A stretch of 64,000 nt of DNA, taken from IMG/VR virus record IMGVR_UViG_2890449678_000009, positions 1-64,000 of that record; one strand, 5' to 3'. The notes under the pieces are model-generated. The model saw only the letters and a list, made by a program, of their open reading frames with translations, did no database searches and was not told the origin of the DNA. Positions 1 to 8,783 of this stretch are shown here, one piece after another. Positions within the stretch are counted from its first letter, which is position 1. Each line of letters starts with the position of its first letter. The DNA is from a virus. Taxonomy: Duplodnaviria > Caudoviricetes. A program made the position numbers and the translations under genes.

Positions 1-1095
1 CTAAAGGTCGCTTTGAAGCTGAACCCTTTCTTGTTCTTCGATGGTCAAATAGCCCAAATAACTATGTTCCGTCACCTTCACAGAACTATGTCCTAAATGA
101 CGTGACAACGCATAAAGACTACCACCATTTTTAAGCCAGCGGATCGCAAAAGCGTGCCGCAATGAGTGAACATTAAAGCGCTTATATTCCGGGTTGGCCT
201 TTACCATACGGCGCATCAGTTGTCCGTGGTTTGATGAGAAATTAGCAAACGCTTCTCCTGTATCACCACTCCGATATAGAAGCCCTTCCTTTTCGCCAGC
301 TAAAATAGCATCAGTTGCATTGCCCCCATATGTTTCCCACGATAATGCACGAGGGCGGTTGCTTTTAGTGCGTGTCAGAAGAATTTGCCGTTTTTCATAA
401 TCAATTTGAAATGCCTCTAAAGTGACAGCTTCCTCCATTCTCATTCCCGTCTGGGACAGTATTCTTAAAATACCGGCCATACCGGGAGATGCTTCTGCAA
501 TAGCCTGTGCAACCTCGCGTTCTGTAGGGGGACGCTTAGGCTCCCTTTTTTCCCTAACAATAGACCGATCATAAGACTGAACAGGGTTGTCACATCTCCA
601 TCCAATGGCACAACAAAAGGACATAAGACGAGAAAGTGCTGTTAGGTCTCTCCTAATCGTAGCATTAGAGATTTCTTTCTTAGCTCCTTCTGTATTATTT
701 CTTCCCCTCTGCCCTGTATCCTTACGCCAGTTCACCCACTCGGCGATGTCTTTCGTCGTTATTTTCTCCAAAAGCAAATCTCCAAACAGCGGATCAAAAT
801 TTCGGATGCTTGATAAATACCGTTTTGAGACAGAAGGCTTAACGCCATCAAGGCCTTTTTGCATCCACAGAACAACGGCTGCTTTCCATGATTGCTCGCC
901 TTCAAATCCAGAGGCCTTTCGAGTTAGTTCCTCCTTTAATTGTTCAACCCGCTTCGCTGCTTTCCTCGCATCATCTGTGCGTAAGCTGCATCTGTGTCTG
1001 ACGCCTGAAACGACGATTTCAGCCCACCACGTTTTACCGCGTTTGAAGCAATTCGCTGGCTTTTTATAACGCTTTCCTGATGAGGTGACCGACAC
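1..1095 (-). CDS. int: Tyrosine recombinase (phage integrase)
   Basis: Catalytic motifs TGMRxxE, KSNR, HSLRHAFA, LGHSS, and HSYL (Tyr nucleophile). Confidence 0.96.
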   Translation of the reverse strand: MSVTSSGKRYKKPANCFKRGKTWWAEIVVSGVRHRCSLRTDDARKAAKRVEQLKEELTRKASGFEGEQSWKAAVVLWMQKGLDGVKPSVSKRYLSSIRNFDPLFGDLLLEKITTKDIAEWVNWRKDTGQRGRNNTEGAKKEISNATIRRDLTALSRLMSFCCAIGWRCDNPVQSYDRSIVREKREPKRPPTEREVAQAIAEASPGMAGILRILSQTGMRMEEAVTLEAFQIDYEKRQILLTRTKSNRPRALSWETYGGNATDAILAGEKEGLLYRSGDTGEAFANFSSNHGQLMRRMVKANPEYKRFNVHSLRHAFAIRWLKNGGSLYALSRHLGHSSVKVTEHSYLGYLTIEEQERVQLQSDL

Positions 1096-1280
1096 AGATT
1101 TGCTTCCTCTCTTTCTTTAATCCACTGATCCACACGTGAGACGCTAAACCTCCAGCGCCTTCCAATTTTGGTTGCGGGTATTCGTCTTTGTTGCGCTAAC
1201 TTGATGATCGTGCTGGAAGGGATGCCGGTAAAATTGGCAATAACCTCAGCGCCAACTCGCTGCTCAGGCGTCGCTGTCAT
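936..1280 (-). CDS. Excisionase / HTH_17 (AlpA/MerR-like) DNA-binding protein
   Basis: IPATKIGRRWRFSVSRVDQWI motif; immediately upstream of int, with its 3' end overlapping int. Confidence 0.85.
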   Translation of the reverse strand: MTATPEQRVGAEVIANFTGIPSSTIIKLAQQRRIPATKIGRRWRFSVSRVDQWIKEREEANLCRSPHQESVIKSQRIASNAVKRGGLKSSFQASDTDAAYAQMMRGKQRSGLNN

Positions 1281-1501
1281 TCTCCGCCCTCCTGTTCTTG
1301 CAAATCATCAGAGCGTGCACCGCATGTATCGCAAATCAACGGTTTCTCTTCGCAATGAGAACAAGGGGCACAAACATGACAGGAACAATGCTCAGACACT
1401 AGGAAATATCTTGTCCCATCGCATCCCATTACCTCACAGCTATCAATATCTACTCTCATCCCCGCCTCCATTTCTTCCAGAACACGACCGCGATCTTCCA
1501 C
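1277..1501 (-). CDS. Small Cys-rich (Zn-finger-like) phage protein
   Basis: CSCHVCAPCSHC and CDTCG; chained by overlaps in the leftward operon; start may be the internal MRVDID. Confidence 0.6.
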   Translation of the reverse strand: MEDRGRVLEEMEAGMRVDIDSCEVMGCDGTRYFLVSEHCSCHVCAPCSHCEEKPLICDTCGARSDDLQEQEGGE

Positions 1502-1644
1502 GGCCAGAACAGCATTGTTGTCAGTGTTGGGATGCCCCCTCGCGGGCAGTTAGGGCGGAAACGGCGCTCTCGATGTCTGACGTAGAGGCCCATTCCGCAA
1601 TAAATATTCATTGATAGAAGTATGGCATGAAAGATATTCATCAC
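1456..1644 (-). CDS. Small hydrophobic phage protein
   Basis: 4-nt overlap with the upstream ORF; FWPW-type membrane peptide. Confidence 0.5.
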   Translation of the reverse strand: MMNIFHAILLSMNIYCGMGLYVRHRERRFRPNCPRGGIPTLTTMLFWPWKIAVVFWKKWRRG

Positions 1645-1874
1645 ATGCCCTCCGCAAGGTTGTATACCTTGTCAAGCAAGTAACTAAACTCGCTTCGGTC
1701 TTGCGTTTCAAAAGCACGCATCAAATCAGCGACCAGTTCATTGCCCGTTACATCACATGGTTTTGCTGGAGGTAGATTGAGTTTGCGACTCACGACTTCT
1801 TCCAGCAGATATTTATCATCGACCTGACTAATGGCGTCGTCTGCGTCTATCTCGGCTTGAACTAAAATCATCAC
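1641..1874 (-). CDS. Hypothetical phage protein
   Basis: ATGA-coupled to its neighbours; plausible composition. Confidence 0.6.
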   Translation of the reverse strand: MMILVQAEIDADDAISQVDDKYLLEEVVSRKLNLPPAKPCDVTGNELVADLMRAFETQDRSEFSYLLDKVYNLAEGM

Positions 1875-2071
1875 AGACCCCTCCTGATTTTACGCACGAG
1901 ATGAGCGACGATGCTGCATAAGAGCACCGGCCACATGAACGAAGCGACAACGCGGGTTTCGGTTGGTACGTAGCTGTGCTGTGGCTGTGTTAGCTCGAAC
2001 ACGGCCCATAGCGTCGCGCCGATGAGGCCGTAGAGCGCTGCGGCTAGGCACAAGATGAGAAAGAGGCTCAT
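1871..2071 (-). CDS. Small two-TM membrane protein
   Basis: Two hydrophobic segments, MWP motif, ATGA overlaps. Confidence 0.55.
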   Translation of the reverse strand: MSLFLILCLAAALYGLIGATLWAVFELTQPQHSYVPTETRVVASFMWPVLLCSIVAHLVRKIRRGL

Positions 2072-2703
2072 GCTGGCATCTCCTGCATGTCATTTTCTTT
2101 GCTTTGTAGCTTGCGGAGGTTATCCAGTTTCATCTCATGAAACTGAGCCAAAGCGCCCTTTAACGCTGCGATAAAATCCTCATCACGCTCAACACGCTCT
2201 GTGTAAGGGCGTAATCCGGGGCAATACGAATAGCGGTCGCACCATTGCCGCCCTGTGACGAGCAACTGCCCCTGAACCTGCACAAAATAATCCATCCCGA
2301 AGCCATTCAGCATGTAATGAGCATGTTTCTCTGGGCGTGGGCACTTAATTTCCAGCAACCCATTCTCGCCAATAAGCCGGTCGGGACTTGCGCCATATGT
2401 GCCGTCATCATCGGTGATGAAACCCACACGCTGTGCTATTTCGGCTGTTTCAAACTCATAGGCTTGAGCCGCTGTCTCTTCTAAGGCAATCCCTCGTTGC
2501 ACATCTTGATTGTGGCTTAAATCCGTCTCTAAAGGACATCCAAGAATCATCTCAACAGCGAGCTTCACCGCGTATGGCTTTGCCGAAGAAGAAAAAGCGT
2601 GCGTCTTCGGTGTGATAATCTTGCTAAATTCAGAGGCTGTTGGGAGACCAGCACGTAAGGCCATCCACTCATCAGAGCCTTGTTCTACGTTATATATCTT
2701 CAT
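2068..2703 (-). CDS. YqaJ / lambda-exonuclease family nuclease
   Basis: QGSDEWxxLR...TASE, GASPDRL, LEIKCP and YxxQVQGQL motifs. Confidence 0.93.
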   Translation of the reverse strand: MKIYNVEQGSDEWMALRAGLPTASEFSKIITPKTHAFSSSAKPYAVKLAVEMILGCPLETDLSHNQDVQRGIALEETAAQAYEFETAEIAQRVGFITDDDGTYGASPDRLIGENGLLEIKCPRPEKHAHYMLNGFGMDYFVQVQGQLLVTGRQWCDRYSYCPGLRPYTERVERDEDFIAALKGALAQFHEMKLDNLRKLQSKENDMQEMPA

Positions 2704-3479
2704 GACTGCCTCTCATGAGCAGGCAGGGAACATTTCAGTCTCTTCACCGCTCGTTGATAAAGATGACTAGGCATTTCGTCTAAAGAGCTACAGGCCGCCC
2801 ACGCGAGTATTTTTTGCGTTGCAACCCCGCTCTGCCTCAGTAAGTCAACGATTTCATTTTTCTGAGCCGCCGTAATGACATCCCCCTGACGCGGCTTGGG
2901 GGGGAGCCCATCTGTGTCCTCATTTGTCCGAACGATATTCAGCAGCATTTCAGCGCAATAACGCTTCCCGTAGGAAATAGACGAGCCAAACGCCTGCAAA
3001 GCATTCCGTCCATTACCAACATCTATAGGCAAATCCATTTCGGAACTTTGAGACTTCCCATTCTCATGAGTAATCGTCCCGATAATAGTCTTCATACCGC
3101 CTTCAGAAGAGCGCGTCGTAAAAGAGAGCCGTAACCCGTGCTTTGTCAGAATAGGACGAATAACGGCATCCATATCTTCCCATCGGGTAAAGTTGTATCC
3201 TACCTTTCCCCCGAGACTAACCCGGCCATTCTTTGCCACCTGTGGGATTTCCCCAGAAGCGGCGCTCATGGCACGGCTAAATTCTGCTGTTGCCTCTCTA
3301 TCCATGACTTGATTGTGCATTTGTAAGAGCGCTTGCATCTTATCAACATCACATTGCGGGTTTGTTGCCGCTTGTGAGATGATCCCCATGATAGAAACAT
3401 CCGTATTGACCCTCGTTTCAACAGAAGGAGATACGTTGTTTTCCTTTGCTACTACGTTACTCATCACGCGGCCTCCCAT
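2700..3479 (-). CDS. ERF-family single-strand annealing recombinase (likely start 3464)
   Basis: QAFGSSISYGKRY...EDTDG motif; next to the exonuclease. Confidence 0.9.
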   Translation of the reverse strand: MGGRVMSNVVAKENNVSPSVETRVNTDVSIMGIISQAATNPQCDVDKMQALLQMHNQVMDREATAEFSRAMSAASGEIPQVAKNGRVSLGGKVGYNFTRWEDMDAVIRPILTKHGLRLSFTTRSSEGGMKTIIGTITHENGKSQSSEMDLPIDVGNGRNALQAFGSSISYGKRYCAEMLLNIVRTNEDTDGLPPKPRQGDVITAAQKNEIVDLLRQSGVATQKILAWAACSSLDEMPSHLYQRAVKRLKCSLPAHERQS

Positions 3480-4003
3480 TCCCGGGCACGCAGGCGGGCA
3501 AGCGCTATGACAGCGCGGTATTCTTGGCCGTGCTTGTTGTCGCCATGTGTGTCGTTTACGGCTTTCTCAAACTCATCAAGGGTTCCGCTAAAGCAGCCAC
3601 GCGTTACGTATGGTACGTCTTTCGTGTGGAACAGTATCAGTGCCCCATCTTCTGATCCGATTGGGCCGATCGTCAGAATGTGGCGTTGACTGGGTATCCA
3701 CGCATTCCCGGACACACGCGCATTTCCGAACACCTTCGCATCGCCGAAGACTTGCGCATTGCCGGATACCTTCGCATCGTCGGATACCGCCGCATCGTCG
3801 AACACCCACGCATCTCCGGACACCCAAGCGTTCCCTTGGTGGCTTAGGTTGTCTTCACATGCGATGTATCCGCCTAGTTCACCCTTAGAAACGTCGAACT
3901 CTGGAATATCCCTAAGTGCTTTGATCCGAAAAAGTGTTTCACCAAAGTCTGTAACCGTATCGTCGGTTAGTAGTTCGTATTTCTTACTCATTAGAAGCCC
4001 CAT
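3464..4003 (-). CDS. Hexapeptide-repeat (left-handed beta-helix) phage protein
   Basis: Tandem G[ND]A[WKQR]V[SF] repeats (18-bp DNA repeats at ~3700-3830); VTRGCFSGTLDEF C-terminus. Confidence 0.85.
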   Translation of the reverse strand: MGLLMSKKYELLTDDTVTDFGETLFRIKALRDIPEFDVSKGELGGYIACEDNLSHQGNAWVSGDAWVFDDAAVSDDAKVSGNAQVFGDAKVFGNARVSGNAWIPSQRHILTIGPIGSEDGALILFHTKDVPYVTRGCFSGTLDEFEKAVNDTHGDNKHGQEYRAVIALARLRAREWEAA

Positions 4004-4198
4004 GCTTTCACATTTTCAAAAACTGCGCAGGAAAAGAGTGCTTCGGCTGCTGTTTTCTGCTCTTTCTTGAGGCAGTCCATCGCTGCCTTTAGGTATTCTG
4101 TCCGCCTCATTTGCGGCGTCTCTGGGCGTGCTTTAGACACAGCTTTCCTGTTTGCGTGTTTCAGCATCTCAAAAATCCTCGGTTTTACTTGGGGGCGG

Positions 4199-4543
4199 TT
4201 AGTAACTATTTTCTTCTATCTGGCGCTCTTTAAGCAAAAGTTCGGCAAGCTTCATGCTCAGTTCTTCTCTTTTCTTTCTAAAACCACTCACACAAAGACC
4301 TATTTTCTCTGTTCTATTTATCTTCATGTCTACAAGAGAGATTTCATTAAGAATACTATCGCTTTCCTTGAGCGTTGTGACCGTTATGGTTCGAACGACT
4401 GTTTCGATGATGAAGCTCTTATTGCACGACGTGCAGTGCCATTTAGCCCCCTCATACGCCTCATTGAGCTCGCCATCCCCCTCGTTCTCATACAAGCAAT
4501 GGGGGCAGACAATCTTTCCTTCATGCTCCTGTCTGTAGTTCAT
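4199..4543 (-). CDS. Zn-ribbon protein
   Basis: CPHC...CTSC pairs. Confidence 0.6.
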   Translation of the reverse strand: MNYRQEHEGKIVCPHCLYENEGDGELNEAYEGAKWHCTSCNKSFIIETVVRTITVTTLKESDSILNEISLVDMKINRTEKIGLCVSGFRKKREELSMKLAELLLKERQIEENSY

Positions 4544-4701
4544 CGTGTCTCCTCCAAAGCCCGTTGTTGGTGCCTTAACCGAGCCTTGAGAACCAAACGC
4601 TCTTCTACTTCTTCGGGTGTTAGGACATCGCGCTGTTCAATCAGATCAAGAAGAAGATGTGTATGAGCTATCCGTTCCTTTAAGGCTGCTAGATCACTCA
4701 T
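4540..4701 (-). CDS. Small hypothetical protein, 53 aa (MSDLAALKERIAH...), absent from the ORF track
   Basis: Read by hand; fills the gap with overlapping start/stop codons at both ends. Confidence 0.55.
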   Translation of the reverse strand: MSDLAALKERIAHTHLLLDLIEQRDVLTPEEVEERLVLKARLRHQQRALEETR

Positions 4702-5072
4702 CATCCCATCACCCTATCGTCTTGATTGAGATTGCGGGATGTGTCTTTGCTCTGCCAGTAACGGTCTGCTGCGCTTCCTGCTTCTCGTTGATCCTCCAGA
4801 AAGGACTGAAGACCGGGGATGCCGTCTTCGTCTAAGTCCGCCGCCATGAGACCAAAGAATTCGGATAGTTCTGCGTTCTCATCTGTAAAAAGCTCAAGGC
4901 GCTCAAAATAGCTCTTGATAGCCGTGAGCGGTTTTTCCTGCGCCCAGAGATCGTTGCTTTTGCGGTGTAGTCCTAGGAGCATACGTCCTAGCTCTAGGGC
5001 CTTCTCATCTGGTGTGATGGGCACGAGGACTGCGCCCTGCTGTGGCTGCGCTACTGCGTGAAGATGGATCAT
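4701..5072 (-). CDS. Hypothetical early protein
   Basis: Coupled ORF in the leftward operon. Confidence 0.6.
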   Translation of the reverse strand: MIHLHAVAQPQQGAVLVPITPDEKALELGRMLLGLHRKSNDLWAQEKPLTAIKSYFERLELFTDENAELSEFFGLMAADLDEDGIPGLQSFLEDQREAGSAADRYWQSKDTSRNLNQDDRVMG

Positions 5073-5275
5073 TGCGCCGCCTCCTGATGGAACAGGATCG
5101 TGCCAAGCTCAACGAGGCCGATGCAGTGCTCCGAGAGCAGAGTTTGTTGATCCGGTGTCAAATGGCCAAGGGATAGCCCTTTGTGCAGCAGGTCTTTCCC
5201 CTGCTTGGCGAGAAGACTGCCATATTCTTGCAGCTCTTCTTCTTGCTGCATTGTAAGAGCATTCGTGTCTCTCAT
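5069..5275 (-). CDS. First gene of the leftward early operon, hypothetical
   Basis: Strong SD (GGAGGAGGGG) upstream on the minus strand. Confidence 0.65.
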   Translation of the reverse strand: MRDTNALTMQQEEELQEYGSLLAKQGKDLLHKGLSLGHLTPDQQTLLSEHCIGLVELGTILFHQEAAQ

Positions 5276-5327
5276 ATTCCCCTCCTCCTACGCCCCGACG
5301 TGGGGCGTTTCGTTCGGTATGAGGGTG

Positions 5328-5379
5328 TGTTTGTCACACAAACAATTTGAGTTCAAGAAAAAAGTTCTTCTAGTAAACA
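5328..5379. promoter_or_regulatory. Left operator region (OL-like): 17-bp sites at 5328-5344 and 5363-5379
   Basis: TGTTTGTCACACAAACA (perfect 7-bp dyad) and AGTTCTTCTAGTAAACA; same TGTTT-N7-AAACA consensus as the sites between cI and cro. Confidence 0.7.
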
Positions 5380-5419
5380 TTTTAAACTAGGAGAGACTTA
5401 TATGTGTTCTAAAAAATCT

Positions 5420-5800
5420 TCATGCAGCATTCTCACGCCCAAAATGACTCAGAAACTCCATGAGTGCCCTTTTTTCGCCGGAAGTCATTGCACGCCACGC
5501 ACGTGTAAGAGCTGCTTCCTCTTGAGCTTGGATAGAGTCGCCCAAAGGTTGGAAAGGCGAAACCGAAAAGCCAACAAGATAGTCGAGGGAAACCTCATAA
5601 AAATCGGCAAGTTTCGCGATCGTTTCTAGACTAACATTAGCATGACCAGCTTCTGCTGCGGCTAAATGAGGTCTAGATATACCCACAGCCGCAGAAACAT
5701 CGGCTTGAGTTAGCTTACAGCCCATATGAACAGCTTTCTCGCGCCGTTGTTTGCGCAGCCGATCACTAATCGTCTGTTGGAGCGTTTTTGAATCAATCAT
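5420..5800 (-). CDS. CI-like XRE-family repressor (no S24 peptidase domain)
   Basis: LTQADVSAAVGISRPHLAAAEAG...VSLDYLVG HTH; divergent from cro. Confidence 0.9.
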   Translation of the reverse strand: MIDSKTLQQTISDRLRKQRREKAVHMGCKLTQADVSAAVGISRPHLAAAEAGHANVSLETIAKLADFYEVSLDYLVGFSVSPFQPLGDSIQAQEEAALTRAWRAMTSGEKRALMEFLSHFGRENAA

Positions 5801-5802
5801 TC

Positions 5803-5883
5803 TGTTAGTCTCGCAAACTATGGAAACAAATGTGTTTCCATCGCAAACAAAACTTGTTTTCGTAAATGTTTATGATACAAACA
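5803..5883. promoter_or_regulatory. Right operator region (OR1-3-like): 17-bp sites at 5803, 5833 and 5867
   Basis: TGTTAGTCTCGCAAACT, TGTTTCCATCGCAAACA, TGTTTATGATACAAACA in the cI-cro intergenic space. Confidence 0.75.
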
Positions 5884-5888
5884 TAATT

Positions 5889-6128
5889 ATGAAACCACGA
5901 GAACTTATCCAGGCCGTTGGGGGGCCTACGCGGCTCGCAAGAGCATTAAAGAGGAGCCATACCGCTGTGATTTTGTGGAAGGAAATACCACCCCACCACG
6001 TTATCGCAATTGAGAGCAAATTTGGCATCCCCCGCGAGCAGCTGCGCCCTGACCTGTATCCGCCGCGCCGTCCAACGCGGCGCAACCACCCCACCCCCAC
6101 ACAACACCAGAAGGAGACACGGGTATGA
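5889..6128 (+). CDS. Cro-like / YdaS-type HTH protein
   Basis: MKPRELIQAVGGPTRLARAL...W..IP...LRPDLY pattern; start reassigned to ATG 5889. Confidence 0.85.
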   Translation: MKPRELIQAVGGPTRLARALKRSHTAVILWKEIPPHHVIAIESKFGIPREQLRPDLYPPRRPTRRNHPTPTQHQKETRV

Positions 6129-6667
6129 GTAATTCCCCGCGCTATGAACCATCTATGGAAAGCTTGAAACTGGCTGTTGAGCTGACACGCATTAATGGCA
6201 GCACAAGAGCTGCATTTGATATTATCCAAGATGCAGCTCTGTTTGATGCTTATTTATTCGGCGATCTCATCGTGGCTCTTGGGATCAACGATGGTGTGCC
6301 TAATTTCCCTAACTTCAAAAGCGCTTCTGACTTCTTCAACCGCAGTCTGAAAATCCTCGAGAATAAACTTTTGAGAGGATGGGGCGTCCTGCCGCTCTAT
6401 GCGCGCTTTTCTAAGGACATTGAACAAAGACAAAATCAGGTCTTCACGCGACGTAGTCATTCTTCATCTCCTCGTTCAGTTTCAAAAATGCCTCCTTCGG
6501 ACTCGCACTCCGAAGCGGGCAATGAAAGCGTAGCACACCCGGCTTTTGATCTGTCCGTCGATGATCTTTTGCAGATTATCGGAGGCTACGCAGTGGATGC
6601 CATAAAAGAACGTGCCATCTACGAACTCAAGCGCCGCTGTGGTGAGAGCGTGGAGGAACTATCATGA
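6125..6667 (+). CDS. Hypothetical protein (contains antisense ORF 6254-6460)
   Basis: ATGA-coupled to cro and to the next ORF. Confidence 0.5.
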   Translation: MSNSPRYEPSMESLKLAVELTRINGSTRAAFDIIQDAALFDAYLFGDLIVALGINDGVPNFPNFKSASDFFNRSLKILENKLLRGWGVLPLYARFSKDIEQRQNQVFTRRSHSSSPRSVSKMPPSDSHSEAGNESVAHPAFDLSVDDLLQIIGGYAVDAIKERAIYELKRRCGESVEELS

Positions 6668-7173
6668 AGCGTTTACAGATCGCCCTGAGAGCCGCGCGGC
6701 TTACCTGTCAGGACATTGATAAGCATGAGCTTGGTGGGGTTCATCCTCTTATTCGTTTTTTTCAGTATCGCAATACGTGGCTGTATGGGCGTGTTGTGTC
6801 TGTTGAAAATGTTCAACAATCCAGTCGCGCCATTCGTCTTCTGTCTTGGTTGGCAGATCGTCAAAAAAGGCTTTCAACGTCATCTTGGTGGTGTCTGGCC
6901 CGTGTGCTTTTTGCGCTAGGTGCGTCATCACGGCGCTATCAAGACCGGTGCCGTCATATGTCGTGTCAACAATGCTCACCTCAAGCGTCACAAGAAACTT
7001 TGAACCAACGCGCTTACTGTCCGCATTGTCTATCTGAAATTGGAACACCGCTTTACCATCCTTTTGAAATTCATCCTCTTTCAGACATGCCTCTCTTTAA
7101 GGATAAAATGGAAGAGGGTGTTCATTATATTTTCATCAGAGATGAGAAGTTTCACAGTCGGAGGGGATTCTAA
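6664..7173 (+). CDS. Hypothetical protein with Cys pairs (contains antisense ORF 6749-7048)
   Basis: Coupled to ssb (TAATG); CQQC and CPHC. Confidence 0.4.
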   Translation: MKRLQIALRAARLTCQDIDKHELGGVHPLIRFFQYRNTWLYGRVVSVENVQQSSRAIRLLSWLADRQKRLSTSSWWCLARVLFALGASSRRYQDRCRHMSCQQCSPQASQETLNQRAYCPHCLSEIGTPLYHPFEIHPLSDMPLFKDKMEEGVHYIFIRDEKFHSRRGF

Positions 7174-7655
7174 TGGCAGGCTCCGTTAATCGGGTCATCC
7201 TTGTCGGGAATTTGGGCCGTGATCCGCAAATCCGTGAGGCACAGGGTGGTGCAAAAATCGCTAACTTAACGCTGGCGACCAGTGAGAACTGGAACGACAA
7301 GAAAACTGGCGAGAAACGCGAAAAGACCGAGTGGCATCGGGTGGTGGTTTTCAATGAGGGGAACGCCAGTTTTGCGGAGAAATATCTGCGTAAAGGCCGC
7401 AAGGTTTACATTGAGGGACGCCTGCAAACACGCAAATGGACCGATCAGCAAGGCGTTGAACGCACCTCCACAGAAGTGGTGGTGCCCCGGTTTGGTGGTG
7501 ATCTTCAGTCCCTCGACAGCCGCGATAGTGGCGATGCACAGCCGCAGAACAGCCGCTCTCAACAGCCCGCTCAAAGCCAGTCCTACGGCTCGCAGCGCTC
7601 TATGTCTGACGTGGACGCAAGCCAAGCCACCCTTGACGACGATATCCCCTTTTAA
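7173..7655 (+). CDS. ssb: Single-stranded DNA-binding protein
   Basis: [25 protein letters not shown], and acidic DDDIPF tail. Confidence 0.97.
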   Translation: MAGSVNRVILVGNLGRDPQIREAQGGAKIANLTLATSENWNDKKTGEKREKTEWHRVVVFNEGNASFAEKYLRKGRKVYIEGRLQTRKWTDQQGVERTSTEVVVPRFGGDLQSLDSRDSGDAQPQNSRSQQPAQSQSYGSQRSMSDVDASQATLDDDIPF

Positions 7656-7664
7656 GGCGCTCTC

Positions 7665-8363
7665 ATGACACAGAACACACACTCTCTATCCTCTGATCTC
7701 ATCATTGCGTCCACGTCCATTAAGCAGGACGATCAGGGGCGTTATTGCCTCAATGATTGCCATCGGGCGGCTGGAGGCGATCCTAATAAGCGTCCATCTA
7801 ATTTCTTACGCCTTGATACAACACAAGCTCTTATTGAGGAGATAGACCGATGCTCATATATGAGCATCGGTTCTTTAAACACTAAAAAAGGCGGCCATAA
7901 CCAAGGCACTTACGCGGTTAAAGAACTCGTTTATGCCTATGCGATGTGGATCAATCCGGCTTTTTATCTTCAGGTGATCCGTGTTTTTGACGCGGCGGTT
8001 CGGGGGGCTCTCCCTGCGCCATCGCGCCCGGTAACGCCTCGGCTACCTTCGCTTGTTTCCACGTTTAAAACGGGGTTGCGTATGGCGGGTATGATGGGGC
8101 TGACAGGCTCTCAAGCCCATCATGCGGCGGCCTGTTATTGCGAAAGCCGGGGGCTGGAAAACCCTTTAACGCTGATGGGGCTTGACCAAGAAAAGCGCCC
8201 TTCCCTTGGGATCTCTCAAACTGAGGTTATTTTCTGGTTCTTCCAAGGGCTTACCGGCGATGATGTGCAGTATTTTGCAGCGGGGAAAGTGCCGACCAAC
8301 TTTCGGAGCCTTGCCCGTGATGAATGCAAGCGGCGTGGGCTTATCACACGGGGGCGCTTATGA
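7665..8363 (+). CDS. KilA-N domain protein (antirepressor-like)
   Basis: QDDQGRYCLNDCH...GTYAVKELVYAYAMWINPAF. Confidence 0.9.
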   Translation: MTQNTHSLSSDLIIASTSIKQDDQGRYCLNDCHRAAGGDPNKRPSNFLRLDTTQALIEEIDRCSYMSIGSLNTKKGGHNQGTYAVKELVYAYAMWINPAFYLQVIRVFDAAVRGALPAPSRPVTPRLPSLVSTFKTGLRMAGMMGLTGSQAHHAAACYCESRGLENPLTLMGLDQEKRPSLGISQTEVIFWFFQGLTGDDVQYFAAGKVPTNFRSLARDECKRRGLITRGRL

Positions 8364-8734
8364 GGCGGCGCTTGATCTGGACGGATGAGCTGCGCGGGAA
8401 GGTTGTTACCCTCAAACAAGCGGGGTTTTCGCATCAAGATGTGGCTGACAGGCTTGGGCTGACCTTGTGTCAGGTCTATTGGGGATGGAAGCTCTACCGT
8501 GAGAATGCCCCTAGCCGTCGGGGGCCTGTCTTTGTCGATGATTCCTTTATTCGCAGAGTATCGGAGCTTCGCCAAGCTGGCTTTTACCGTCGAGAAATCG
8601 CACAGAAGCTGCATGTGCCTGTATCGCGCATTGACCTTGCTATTGTTCTTGGTCGTAAACATGGCATCGATATGGCAATCAACGCGCGTATTTACAGTAA
8701 ACGACAGGCAGAGAGAAACAGAAAGGGCGTTTAA
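8360..8734 (+). CDS. Tandem-HTH DNA-binding protein
   Basis: Two copies of LxQAGFxxx[DE][VI]AxxL; start at ATG 8360. Confidence 0.7.
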   Translation: MRRRLIWTDELRGKVVTLKQAGFSHQDVADRLGLTLCQVYWGWKLYRENAPSRRGPVFVDDSFIRRVSELRQAGFYRREIAQKLHVPVSRIDLAIVLGRKHGIDMAINARIYSKRQAERNRKGV

Positions 8735-8783
8735 CCTCTTCTTTCTAGGGCATTTACCTTCTCACGACTGAAAACGACCTAAA

